From Verrucomicrobiota bacterium (GTDB lineage: Bacteria; Verrucomicrobiota; Verrucomicrobiia; Opitutales; Cerasicoccaceae): DNA of 64,000 nucleotides. Every line of letters starts with the position of its first letter. Within the stretch, counting starts at the first letter, position 1. Below are positions 29,780 through 39,105 of the stretch, piece by piece. The stretch lies in NCBI GenBank assembly GCA_039818205.1, contig JBCBUK010000001.1:192001-256000 (forward strand), given 5' to 3'. The notes under the pieces are model-generated. The model had not been told where the DNA came from. It made no database searches and saw only the letters and a list, made by a program, of their open reading frames with translations. The position numbers and the translations under genes are program-made.

Positions 29780-30952
29780 CTAAAAAATATCTGCCGGGTT
29801 CGCGTGGCGTAGTTTGCGCGTGGCCAAGGCGCCAGCCAACATGCACATGACAATGGTCAAACCAAGCACAGCGACCGCGTTGTCCCACTGAAAGTAGGTC
29901 GGCATGTAGGCCACGTTTCGCGTCACATAATAAAGCCCCGCGGTGAAGGCGGCTCCCGGAATAAAACCGAAAACGCTCAGGATAATCGACTCCTGCAAGA
30001 TTAGGCTGATGAAGTAGCTATCGCGAAATCCGATGGACTTGAGCGTTGCATATTCCTCGAGGTGATCCGTGACGTCGGTGTAGAGAATCTGATACACGAT
30101 CACCGCACCGACGATGAGTGCAACGGTCATCGAGGCGGAGATCACAAAGCCAATTGGTGTCCGTTCACTCCAATAGGCCTTCTCATTATCGATGAACTCC
30201 TGCCGCGTCATCACCTTGACATCGTCCGGTAGGATCTGGATCAACTCCTGTTTGATAAGATCCGGATCCGACCCGTCCTTGAGCATAATCAGGCCGACGC
30301 TTGGTAGATTCGGATTCTGTCCCGGAAAAATCTCAAAAAACGTTCGTTTGCTGACCAGCAGATTGCCGTCCGCGGCAAAAGTCGTCCCCATTTCAAAGGA
30401 ACCAATGATCTCGGTCGCGCGTCCATTCGTTTCCGTGGTGACGTGTCCTTCCTCCAGGAGTTCGACAATCGGACCAAACTTAGCGTGTGAGCGTTCGTCG
30501 AACAACGCAGCACCCGGGATCTTCAGCCCGCCCTGCAATGCTTCAATGGCTGGATCGTTAAACGGTTTGTCGGCTGGATCGAATCCGATGATGAAAATAT
30601 CTCGATTGACCTGAGTATTCGGATTCTTGATCGGCAAGTTCACCAAGTAAAGCGGTGCCACATCGACAACCTCGGGGAGCGCATAGGCCTGCGTCAACCG
30701 CTTCTCCGAAAAACCACGGCTAATTCCAAAATACTCGTATTGAGGCGACGCAATGACGATGTCGCCGTTCATCATCAGGTGGGGAAAGACCACCTGGGTA
30801 AACATCGCAGTCTTGAGGCCCATTTGATAGAGCATCATCGTAACCGCAAAGATGATTCCGGCAACCGCAGCAAAGAACCGCTTCTTCTCCTTAACCAGGT
30901 TTAACCAGGCTAGAGGAATGCCCAGCGGAATCAATTTGTTCAATAGTGGCAT
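29780..30952 (-). CDS. devC: DevC-like ABC exporter permease
   Basis: IPLAWLNL, GTTFAADGNL, VGAVIVYQILYTDVTDHLEEYATLKSIG, RKLRHANPADIF. Confidence 0.9.
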   Translation of the reverse strand: MPLLNKLIPLGIPLAWLNLVKEKKRFFAAVAGIIFAVTMMLYQMGLKTAMFTQVVFPHLMMNGDIVIASPQYEYFGISRGFSEKRLTQAYALPEVVDVAPLYLVNLPIKNPNTQVNRDIFIIGFDPADKPFNDPAIEALQGGLKIPGAALFDERSHAKFGPIVELLEEGHVTTETNGRATEIIGSFEMGTTFAADGNLLVSKRTFFEIFPGQNPNLPSVGLIMLKDGSDPDLIKQELIQILPDDVKVMTRQEFIDNEKAYWSERTPIGFVISASMTVALIVGAVIVYQILYTDVTDHLEEYATLKSIGFRDSYFISLILQESIILSVFGFIPGAAFTAGLYYVTRNVAYMPTYFQWDNAVAVLGLTIVMCMLAGALATRKLRHANPADIF

Positions 30953-30958
30953 ATCGAA

Positions 30959-32245
30959 CTAGTTCGTTTGAATACGCGCCACCACAAGGGTGTGAACCGG
31001 AGGTGTCCAGCCCGAGATCGCATCAAGCTTGATACGGACGACAACGACTTTCTTGTCGCTGAATGCCAGCGGATCATTGCTGAAAAGCGCCTGCGGATTC
31101 ACCATCCGCCCTACTTCGGTAACAACTGCCGATTTCTCACCCTCAAAAGCATCAGACCGAATGGTCGCTTTCTGGCCAACTTTCACTTTGCGGATGTCAT
31201 CGATGTAGACTTCGGCATCGACGTAAAGCTCGGATAAGTCACCCAGGGTCACGACGCCTGCAAAGCCAACCGCCTCTCCAGACTCAGCTCCCACATACAA
31301 GACAGTTCCCTCAATCGGAGCGACCACTTGAGTTAAAGCCAGTTGTGCCCGCGCTTGGCCAATTGCCGCTTCAGCGGTTTTGGAAGCGGCCTGTGCTCGC
31401 CGCAGCTCGGCCTCAAGCACCAATGCCTCGGACTTCAGCACTTCGATAGCACCTTTGGCAGCCGCGGCTTGCGCGGCAATTGTATCCCGCTGGCTCTCGA
31501 CGGCGGCAAGCTGTGCCTCAGCAGTGGAAACGGCAACCTGGGCAGCTGCGATCTCAGCATCCAGGCGCGCCGCAACTGCGGGACGTGTTCCTGCGAGTTC
31601 GTTGTGCTCCTCGGCCAATGTCTTCTGTTGAAATTTGATTTCCTCGGATTCGCGCCGGGGCGGATCCCAATCGTCGAGCGTCCGCTGGTGGTGGGCATGC
31701 ATGGCCTCCATCTTCGTGAGCGCACCGTCGATCTTTGCCAATGCCTCGAGCTTGGCGTGTTCCGCCACCGTGGCGCCTGCCTGAGCCTGCTTAACCTGGG
31801 ATTGTGCTGTGACTACCTGGCTTTGGACATTGGCCTGCTGAGACGAAAAGACATTGATCTCCTCCTCTTGGGCGCGAATACGCGACTGAACAACTGCCTG
31901 CTGAGCTTGTAGCACCTCTAAATTCTTCGCGTTGGCGCTGGCCTCTAATGACGCGATGGCAACGCTGGCTTCGGCACCAGGGCGACCAACGAGTGTGGCA
32001 ATCACCTGCCCTTTTTCCACGCGATCGCCTTCGTTGACCAGCAGTTCGGCCACGATCGGTTGACCCGCAGCACCCGTCGGAGCGGCCACATGAACGAGTC
32101 CACCCTTGGGCACAATTAAGCCTTGGGCAGCCACCGAGTTATCGATAATCGCCCATGTTTGCCCTGTCACCAACCCAGCCATCAGGCCGAGGATTAGGAT
32201 ACGGCCAAAAAATTTAATCCGCATAAGGGGAGGAGGTTTAGACAC
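30959..32245 (-). CDS. devB: DevB/HlyD-like membrane fusion protein
   Basis: ELLVNEGDRVEKGQVIA, long coiled coil, VAPIEGTVL, AEVYIDDIRKVKVGQ. Confidence 0.85.
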   Translation of the reverse strand: MSKPPPLMRIKFFGRILILGLMAGLVTGQTWAIIDNSVAAQGLIVPKGGLVHVAAPTGAAGQPIVAELLVNEGDRVEKGQVIATLVGRPGAEASVAIASLEASANAKNLEVLQAQQAVVQSRIRAQEEEINVFSSQQANVQSQVVTAQSQVKQAQAGATVAEHAKLEALAKIDGALTKMEAMHAHHQRTLDDWDPPRRESEEIKFQQKTLAEEHNELAGTRPAVAARLDAEIAAAQVAVSTAEAQLAAVESQRDTIAAQAAAAKGAIEVLKSEALVLEAELRRAQAASKTAEAAIGQARAQLALTQVVAPIEGTVLYVGAESGEAVGFAGVVTLGDLSELYVDAEVYIDDIRKVKVGQKATIRSDAFEGEKSAVVTEVGRMVNPQALFSNDPLAFSDKKVVVVRIKLDAISGWTPPVHTLVVARIQTN

Positions 32246-32358
32246 CTTTTCTGCAAGTTAAAGGGAAAAAGCAGTGAGTTCGGCCATCTTTTCTTCGCAA
32301 ATTGTCGAATCAAACGCCGATTCTTTGCCCATAAAACAGAAATCGGACGGTTTGCCCC

Positions 32359-34575
32359 CTACTCGCCCTCGAATTTGAATACGAGAACTGAGTGCCCCGG
32401 TAAGGTGATTTCAATCGACTGCTCCAGCCCGTCCCAGTCACCGGGAATCGTGGCCACGCCGCCGCCATTGCCCGACCCTTCCCCGCCATAAACGTTCGCG
32501 TTACTATTGATAATCTCCTTCCAGTGACCTGCGTGCGGAACTCCAATACGGAATCCGTGACGCAAAACGGGGGTGAAATTACCAATCACGGCAAATGTAT
32601 CGGTTGGCTTCTCGCCATAACGAAGGAATGCGCTTACCGACATTTCCCAATAGCCGTCGGCATTGATCCACTCAAATCCCTCAGGAACAAGGTCGAACTC
32701 CGCGAGGCTGGTATGTTTCCGGTAAACAGAATTCAGGTCGCGAACGAGCAGCTGGATACCTTGGTGGTCCATGTACTGAAGTAAGAACCACTGTAGTGAC
32801 GAATCGTAGCGCCACTCCTCGGATTGGCCAAACTCCTGCCCCATGAACAAACACTTCTTGCCGGGCCACATCCACATCCAGGTGTATAGAGACCGGAGAT
32901 CGCACGCCTTTTTGTGCATTTCATAACCGGCACCCATTTTGAGAATCATCGACCCTTTACCATGAACCACCTCATCGTGGCTAAACACCGTGATGAAGTT
33001 TTCGGAAAACTGGTAGAGCATCCCGAAGGTCAGATCGTTGTGGTGATACTTGCGATGGATTGGCTCGTGGCTGAAATACTGCAAAGTATCGTGCATCCAG
33101 CCCATGTTCCACTTGAGATCAAACCCAAGGCCGTCTTCTTCGATGCTCTTGGTGACTCCACTGAAGGAGGTCGATTCCTCGGCTAGCATTACCACCCCAG
33201 GATGATACTCGTGAACCAACTTATTGGTCTGCCGGAGGAACTCAATAGCGCCGATGTTTTCATTGCCTCCGTATTCATTCGGGATCCATTGCCCTTCTTC
33301 CCGCGAGTAATCGAGATAGAGCATGGAGGCCACCGCATCGACCCTCAGGCCGTCAATGTGGAAGCGCTCGCACCAGGCCAAGGCACTCGCGATGAGAAAA
33401 TTACGCACCTCGTGGCGGCCATAGTTAAAAATCAGCGTTCCCCAATCCATGTGCTCACCGAGCCGGGGATCCTCGTGTTCGTAAAGGTGCGAACCGTCAA
33501 ACTGCGCCAGCGCAAAAGCGTCCTTCGGAAAGTGAGCCGGGACCCAATCGATAATCACCCCGATCCCATGCTGGTGGAGATAATCAACCAGATACATGAA
33601 GTCCTGCGGCGCACCAAACCGGTGAGTCGGCGCAAAAAATCCAGTCACTTGATAACCCCATGAGCCATCAAACGGATGCTCTGCCAAAGGCATGAACTCG
33701 ACGTGGGTGAAGCCCATATCGATCACATACTTGGTCAGCTCGCTAGCCATCTCGCGGTAATTGAAAGGACGATTGCCATCTTCAGGCACCCGGCGCCAGG
33801 AACTCATATGCACCTCGTAAACCGACATCGGCTTCTTCTTCCAGTCGGACGTTGCACGTTCCTTGATCCAAGTTTTGTCATTCCACTTGAAATCACTGAT
33901 ATCCCAGACAATCGAGGCGTTGTGCGGCGGGGACTCAAAGTAGAAACCGTAAGGATCCGTTTTTAAACGAACCGCATCATCAACTCCGAGGATTTCAAAT
34001 TTGTATTTAGAGCCCACATCGACGCTGGGCAAAAACAGTTCCCAAACACCGGAACTGCCGAGGCGGCGCATCGGATGCCGTCGGCCATCCCAACGATTGA
34101 ACTCGCCCACCACGGAAACACGCTGAGCGCTTGGCGCCCAAACCGCAAAAGCCGTCCCCTGAACACCATCGTAGCGTTTAATGTGGGCTCCGAGAAGCTC
34201 ATAGATTTGGTGGTGATTTCCTTCGCCAAAAATATAGAGATCGTCCTCGCTCAGCGTCGGCAGGAAACAGTAAGGGTCCCAAAACTGGTGAATCTCGCCG
34301 TTGGCGGTTTCGGTGCGTAAACGATAATCAAAAGTCGTTTTTTGACCGGGAATAATCCCTTCGAACATCCCGTGTTCGCAAAGACGATTGAGCGGGTAGC
34401 GCTTATCCGAAGAAACGTCAACTACCTCGCAGCTGACTGCATCGGCAAGGAAGGCGCGTGCAACCAGGACTTCCTGGCCTTCGACCATTTCGAGGTGCAA
34501 CCCCAAATAATCATGAGGTGTGGCGTGACGTGCTTGAAGAAGGGAATCAAGGGCTTCCTGAGAGATAATCACCAT
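32359..34575 (-). CDS. glgB: 1,4-alpha-glucan branching enzyme
   Basis: FAVWAP, SWGYQVTG, DWVPAHFP, DGLRVDAVASM, AEEST, FSHDEVVHGK. Confidence 0.98.
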   Translation of the reverse strand: MVIISQEALDSLLQARHATPHDYLGLHLEMVEGQEVLVARAFLADAVSCEVVDVSSDKRYPLNRLCEHGMFEGIIPGQKTTFDYRLRTETANGEIHQFWDPYCFLPTLSEDDLYIFGEGNHHQIYELLGAHIKRYDGVQGTAFAVWAPSAQRVSVVGEFNRWDGRRHPMRRLGSSGVWELFLPSVDVGSKYKFEILGVDDAVRLKTDPYGFYFESPPHNASIVWDISDFKWNDKTWIKERATSDWKKKPMSVYEVHMSSWRRVPEDGNRPFNYREMASELTKYVIDMGFTHVEFMPLAEHPFDGSWGYQVTGFFAPTHRFGAPQDFMYLVDYLHQHGIGVIIDWVPAHFPKDAFALAQFDGSHLYEHEDPRLGEHMDWGTLIFNYGRHEVRNFLIASALAWCERFHIDGLRVDAVASMLYLDYSREEGQWIPNEYGGNENIGAIEFLRQTNKLVHEYHPGVVMLAEESTSFSGVTKSIEEDGLGFDLKWNMGWMHDTLQYFSHEPIHRKYHHNDLTFGMLYQFSENFITVFSHDEVVHGKGSMILKMGAGYEMHKKACDLRSLYTWMWMWPGKKCLFMGQEFGQSEEWRYDSSLQWFLLQYMDHQGIQLLVRDLNSVYRKHTSLAEFDLVPEGFEWINADGYWEMSVSAFLRYGEKPTDTFAVIGNFTPVLRHGFRIGVPHAGHWKEIINSNANVYGGEGSGNGGGVATIPGDWDGLEQSIEITLPGHSVLVFKFEGE

Positions 34576-34678
34576 ACCAACTGTAAAAACCCGGCAATCA
34601 AAGTAAAGCGTGTTCGAATCCTATTTGTAAGAACCATTTACGATTGCACGGTCCGAAGCGAACGCGTACTATTTTAGT

Positions 34679-35221
34679 ATGAAATTTCTCCTTTGTTTGA
34701 TAGTTGCTCTCCTCGCTTCCGTTTCGTCCTGGGGCGCTGCAAAAGCAGACTGGCAGTCAGTTAGCTGCAACGATGATCGCCTCACGCTGATGATGCCCGG
34801 CAAGCCCGTAAAGACGCAGAAGTCGGATAGCTCCATCGTCGGCAACGTGAAAAGCGTTTTGTATACAGTTAAATTCGAAGGTATCGGTGGCGTCACGGTT
34901 GATTGCTCCGATATCCCGGGAACTGCCCTATTCTTTGCGGGGGCTGATACCATATACAGCAACGCCAAAGGCAGCCTGCTCTCGAAGGTCCACGGCAAAA
35001 CTGATACCTGGACCGACATCAACATCGACGGCCACCAAGGAAAGAAGCTCACCTACCGGACGCCGCCCTCCAGCGGCCATCCCGGCTACACCGGAGAGGC
35101 TCAAATGTTCCTCATCGGAAATTACCTGTATATTATCTCCGTCCTCGAGATGACCGGTGAAGACACGATTACGGAAGACAAAGTGTTTGCCTCACTCAAG
35201 TTTAGCGATGCAAATGGTTAG
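34679..35221 (+). CDS. Secreted hypothetical protein (PsbP/DcrB-like fold possible)
   Basis: Signal peptide; MPGKP, INIDGHQGK, C-terminal FASLKF. Promoter TTGCAC-N17-TACTAT-N6-ATG. Confidence 0.7.
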   Translation: MKFLLCLIVALLASVSSWGAAKADWQSVSCNDDRLTLMMPGKPVKTQKSDSSIVGNVKSVLYTVKFEGIGGVTVDCSDIPGTALFFAGADTIYSNAKGSLLSKVHGKTDTWTDINIDGHQGKKLTYRTPPSSGHPGYTGEAQMFLIGNYLYIISVLEMTGEDTITEDKVFASLKFSDANG

Positions 35222-35309
35222 CTCATTTTTATGAAGCCTGCCAATTGCTCATTAACATTTGTTTCTAAACATACTCGCGTCACTTATTCAGTAACGGAGG
35301 GAATCTGCC

Positions 35310-35597
35310 ATGGATGATGTTGGCAACCTACGCGCCCGCGCATGGATCGGCGATGCTGTCCTTGGGCTGTACGCCCGCAAATGGATATTGGCTCAAGTCG
35401 ACATCAAGGCTGAGAACCGGGCGCACGAGTTCATCGCAATGACAGCGAATGAGTTTCTCGCGTGTATTGGAGAACCAACCAAAATCGAAGCCGCAATCGG
35501 TGACCTCTACGAAAGCGAAGGGCTGGACGCCGCATTTAAGCACATCGAAGAAACGATTCTGCCTCTATACCAAAAGCAGCGCAAAAACCGCCGCTAG
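35310..35597 (+). CDS. Very short RNase III-domain protein (Mini-III-like)
   Basis: AWIGDAVLGLY and TKIEAAIGDLY; no dsRBD. Confidence 0.75.
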   Translation: MDDVGNLRARAWIGDAVLGLYARKWILAQVDIKAENRAHEFIAMTANEFLACIGEPTKIEAAIGDLYESEGLDAAFKHIEETILPLYQKQRKNRR

Positions 35598-35670
35598 TTT
35601 TCCGGCGATGGCGGTGTAAGGGTTTCTGAGATCATCCTACCAATACCTCAGAAACAACCTTAGGCCGATC

Positions 35671-36261
35671 ATGGGACAAAACTTTACCGACTTCGCTTTC
35701 TCAAATGCTGCACGCGAGCTCCAAGAACACTATGGATCGCGCAAGAGCTATAGCCGTATGGAGAACGGCCCCGACCGCTTCGTCCTGACACAACAGGAGG
35801 TCGATTTCATCCAGAGCCGCGACAGCTTTTACCTGAGCACGGTCGTCGAAAACGGCTGGCCCTACATGCAATTTCGCGGTGGTCCAGTCGGATTCATTAA
35901 CGTGCTTGATGAGCGAACAATCGGATTCGCTGACTACAAAGGAAATCGCCAATTCATCAGCGCAGGAAACATTCGCGACAACGGAAAAGCCATGCTCTTC
36001 ATGATGGACTATCCGCGCCGCGAACGGGTGAAAATTTGGGCGACTGCGAAACTCGTCCTCGCCGACGACGATCCTGAACTAGTTGCCCGGTTAACCGATC
36101 CCGAAATGGAACACGCCACCGAACGGGCCGTGCTGTTCTCTATCCAGGCCTACGATTGGAATTGCCCCAAATACATCCCGCAGAAATTCACCGTTGAAGA
36201 AATCGTAAACTCCCCGCAACTTCGCGAAGAGTTCCGAAAAATTTTGGCGCAGACTGAATAG
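35671..36261 (+). CDS. Pyridoxamine 5'-phosphate oxidase-related FMN-binding protein
   Basis: GWPYMQFRGGPVGF, FADYKGNRQFIS, DWNCPKYIP. Confidence 0.9.
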   Translation: MGQNFTDFAFSNAARELQEHYGSRKSYSRMENGPDRFVLTQQEVDFIQSRDSFYLSTVVENGWPYMQFRGGPVGFINVLDERTIGFADYKGNRQFISAGNIRDNGKAMLFMMDYPRRERVKIWATAKLVLADDDPELVARLTDPEMEHATERAVLFSIQAYDWNCPKYIPQKFTVEEIVNSPQLREEFRKILAQTE

Positions 36262-36274
36262 CTTACGACTCAAT

Positions 36275-37954
36275 CTAGAGCCCACTTACAAGCATCTCCT
36301 CGGGGTGTTCAATCGAATAAACGAACGGCACAGCGGTAGTCGCTTTGCCGTCAACCTTGAGCCCCCATTCGATAAACTTCTCATTGGTCAGAACAAGTTC
36401 GTCGGTATCCTTCCCTGAGTATCGCGGCTCAATCAAACGAACTTCGATCTCTTCATCCGAGGCCATGGGAATTTGATCCCAGAGAACCATATCGATGGCA
36501 TCAGTACGATTGTTTTTAATCTCAAATTCATAGCGGTGAACCGTGCGGGTTCGTTTGGAAAATAGCCCTTCTGTGCCAGCTTCACCTTCAAGACTCTTAC
36601 GCTCCACTTGAACCGCTGGGTCGACGCCGAGATAGACCCAGAATTGCTCACTCGGAGCGACTAGTTCCAGCGGTGCTTTACCGACAAAATTTCCATCGAT
36701 AAATACGCTACCGGTTCCCGGTAACAACTGGGCTTGCGACTCGTTGGTCACGTTCGCCTTCAAGTAGACATGCGGAGACAATTTCGGCACGGCAGTATGA
36801 CGAAAGTGCGCCGCTGAATCAAAGCTCAGGATGGTCGCTATGACCGGTTGGCCATCCGCCGGTATCGAGACATCTCCCGGCACGTCGAAAACACTCGCAG
36901 TTACACCCGCCTGAACCGTTGCACCAGCAACTTTCATCGGAACTTCTCCGCCTTCGGCGTCCAATGATTCCCTAAAGCTATAATCGGCAAATCCAATTGT
37001 ATTTTCCATGCCGGAAAACTCTAATAGTTCCGATACATCTCCAACCGCGCGTGAACGCGGTTGACTCAGGACTTCGGGAGTATAGGGACCAATTCGCCAA
37101 GGAGTAAGCTCCGGCTCACGCCCACCGATTTGAGGCTGAGCAGTCGATAGGCTAAGGGATACGTTTGACCAATCCTCACCGGTATTTTGGCGCACATTCG
37201 CGCGATAAGAAATCGCTACCGATTTCGAATTGGAGTCGGCCCGGACCTGGTAGCTCGGGTGCCAACTAGGTCCGCGCACCTGATAAGCCAACTCAAGCAC
37301 TGCCCGCGTCGGATCCGACACCTCCAAGACCACAATCGCGTCAACTCGAACCCGATTCCGTTTCGCGTGATGTTGCTGAATCTGTTTCTCGATCTCAACG
37401 ATCCGTTCTTTTGTCTGCTTACGCTCGAATTCCAGGGCCAACACCTGCTCATCAAGCAGCCGGGCTTGCTTGGTCTGAAATGAAAGCATATCTGCCCATT
37501 GCTCCGGGTTCATCGCTGGCGCCGTGTCCGTTTGAGTCGGTGTCGTTGTTAGGCGTTTCCATATTGCGTCCAACGACTTGCGCTGCTGCTCGACACCGGA
37601 GAATGCGAGTTCAACTTTTCGCAGATTCTGCTGCAGGTCGTCTTTCTGCGTATAGAGCTTGCGCGCCATTTCGTCGACAACCTCAGAGAGGAATTCCCGC
37701 TTTATACGAATATCCTGCAGGGTTATTGTCCCCTGCCCCTCCAACTGAAGCGTCTCTGGGTCAACGTAAGCGGGTAGGTTTTCAAATCGAACCTGATGCA
37801 AACCCGGACCGAGCTCAAGAGAAGCAGAGCGCGTCACCTCCGCGCGATCCGAAAAAACCGTCACCGCAGTGATAGTCGAATCTACCCGGTGTTCTTCCGC
37901 TGAAAGATTCCCCAGGAGACAGATCAATGTTCCAACAATAGCAAGTTGTTTCAT
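36275..37954 (-). CDS. DUF4140/DUF4139 (MuiA-like) secreted protein
   Basis: ITAVTVFSDRAEVTR, WHPSY, VRQNTGEDW, LSLSTAQP, AVPKLS. Confidence 0.88.
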   Translation of the reverse strand: MKQLAIVGTLICLLGNLSAEEHRVDSTITAVTVFSDRAEVTRSASLELGPGLHQVRFENLPAYVDPETLQLEGQGTITLQDIRIKREFLSEVVDEMARKLYTQKDDLQQNLRKVELAFSGVEQQRKSLDAIWKRLTTTPTQTDTAPAMNPEQWADMLSFQTKQARLLDEQVLALEFERKQTKERIVEIEKQIQQHHAKRNRVRVDAIVVLEVSDPTRAVLELAYQVRGPSWHPSYQVRADSNSKSVAISYRANVRQNTGEDWSNVSLSLSTAQPQIGGREPELTPWRIGPYTPEVLSQPRSRAVGDVSELLEFSGMENTIGFADYSFRESLDAEGGEVPMKVAGATVQAGVTASVFDVPGDVSIPADGQPVIATILSFDSAAHFRHTAVPKLSPHVYLKANVTNESQAQLLPGTGSVFIDGNFVGKAPLELVAPSEQFWVYLGVDPAVQVERKSLEGEAGTEGLFSKRTRTVHRYEFEIKNNRTDAIDMVLWDQIPMASDEEIEVRLIEPRYSGKDTDELVLTNEKFIEWGLKVDGKATTAVPFVYSIEHPEEMLVSGL

Positions 37955-38037
37955 ACCGGTTTAGAACCCTCTCGTGCAACGAAGGTTCAATACCTGACAA
38001 CAAACTGACAAACTTCACGAAAACCTGAAATCCAGCC

Positions 38038-38322
38038 CTACATCCACACGGTAGGGTACAGGCGATTGGCGTCCGGGTGTTCGTTCTCGGCAAAGTAAAC
38101 GGCCATCCGCAGGTATGCGATGACATCGTCCTTAACGTCGGATTTTTTGACTTTGATCTCCGCCAGCAGCGACTCCGGCGAACGTCCAGACAGTTCGTAG
38201 ATCTGCTGTAGGCCAATGTCTAGCAGATGACGGGCAACATCGATCTTCATGCGCGGGATCCGCATAAACGCCGAACCCAATGCCTCATAATCCGTCTTCT
38301 TCTCTCGCTTCAAATTGGCCAT
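38038..38322 (-). CDS. Cdd1/pathogenicity-locus helix-hairpin-helix protein
   Basis: RIPRM..DVARHLLDIG..ELSGRSPE..LRMAVYFAE. Confidence 0.75.
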   Translation of the reverse strand: MANLKREKKTDYEALGSAFMRIPRMKIDVARHLLDIGLQQIYELSGRSPESLLAEIKVKKSDVKDDVIAYLRMAVYFAENEHPDANRLYPTVWM

Positions 38323-38441
38323 TGAAGCATAGTCTGCTTAGGACATGGCGATTTGAAAGCCGGAAGTTTAATTTGTCGAACAGTCAGGCAATAAATCCAC
38401 CAGCGTAGGTGGATTCGACGAATCGTTTTCCTATGTTGTGG

Positions 38442-38802
38442 CTAGACCACAGTGCCGTCAGATGCGCTTGCTTGACGACGCATGCGCCTCTTCGAAATAC
38501 CGACGCGAGCCGCCGGCGGTAATCGGCGAAGCACTCCCAGCGAAAATCATCGCTGTAGTGTTTGAACCAAAGATGGTCTTCCCAAAGCCATTAGATGCAT
38601 CGTTGAACTACCCTACCGATCCAAGCGTTGATCCGGTTGCTTCATTCGCGAATACATTCACGAAAGTCCCCCTCCCCGGCCCCTGATAGGTTACCGTCGC
38701 TGACGCGAAGGTTAGACTAACGACCACTGCTGACACCGGAATGCCCGTTAAGGCAACGCTTAATCGCGCCGCACTGTATCCAAGTTTTTGAGCCTTCTTC
38801 AT
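38442..38802 (-). pseudogene. Probable decayed PEP-CTERM-type secreted protein gene
   Basis: Signal-like start MKKAQKLGYSAA...VSA-VVVSLTF. In-frame TAG at 38608-38610 with plausible coding continuing (FNDASNGFG...). Basic tail VGISKRRMRRQA in another frame. Confidence 0.45.
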
Positions 38803-38936
38803 CCCGATAGCCGATCTCGTTGAATGCGGGAAAATATGCCAAACTTGCCACCGCGCTGTCATGCGCAATAAACAGACGCTTAGTACTGCATTAACAAATC
38901 AGCGATTTTCTTTGGAATCACGTCAATCTCGCTAGT

Positions 38937-39093
38937 GTGTCACGCTCGGCAATGTCACAGTCGCAGGTGTGACAAGTGTGACAAAGTGCGCCACATTTAG
39001 GTCTCAAAAGTGTCCCACATATGAGTCTAGAATTTTTATATCACTCATAAACAAACACTTACAAAACATAAAGACGGAAGGCACACTTCATGC
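38937..39093 (+). promoter_or_regulatory. sigma54-type promoter of dnaK with upstream TGTCAC/GTGACA repeats
   Basis: aGGCACacttcatGCa, GG-N10-GC at 39080-39093. TGTCAC x2 and GTGACA x2 lie about 100-140 bp upstream. Confidence 0.6.
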
Positions 39094-39105
39094 ATAAGGA
39101 TGACC

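Noticed and set aside
38826..38843. Second, divergent sigma54 promoter for the pseudogene
   Set aside because: GG-N11-GC spacing breaks the strict N10 rule.
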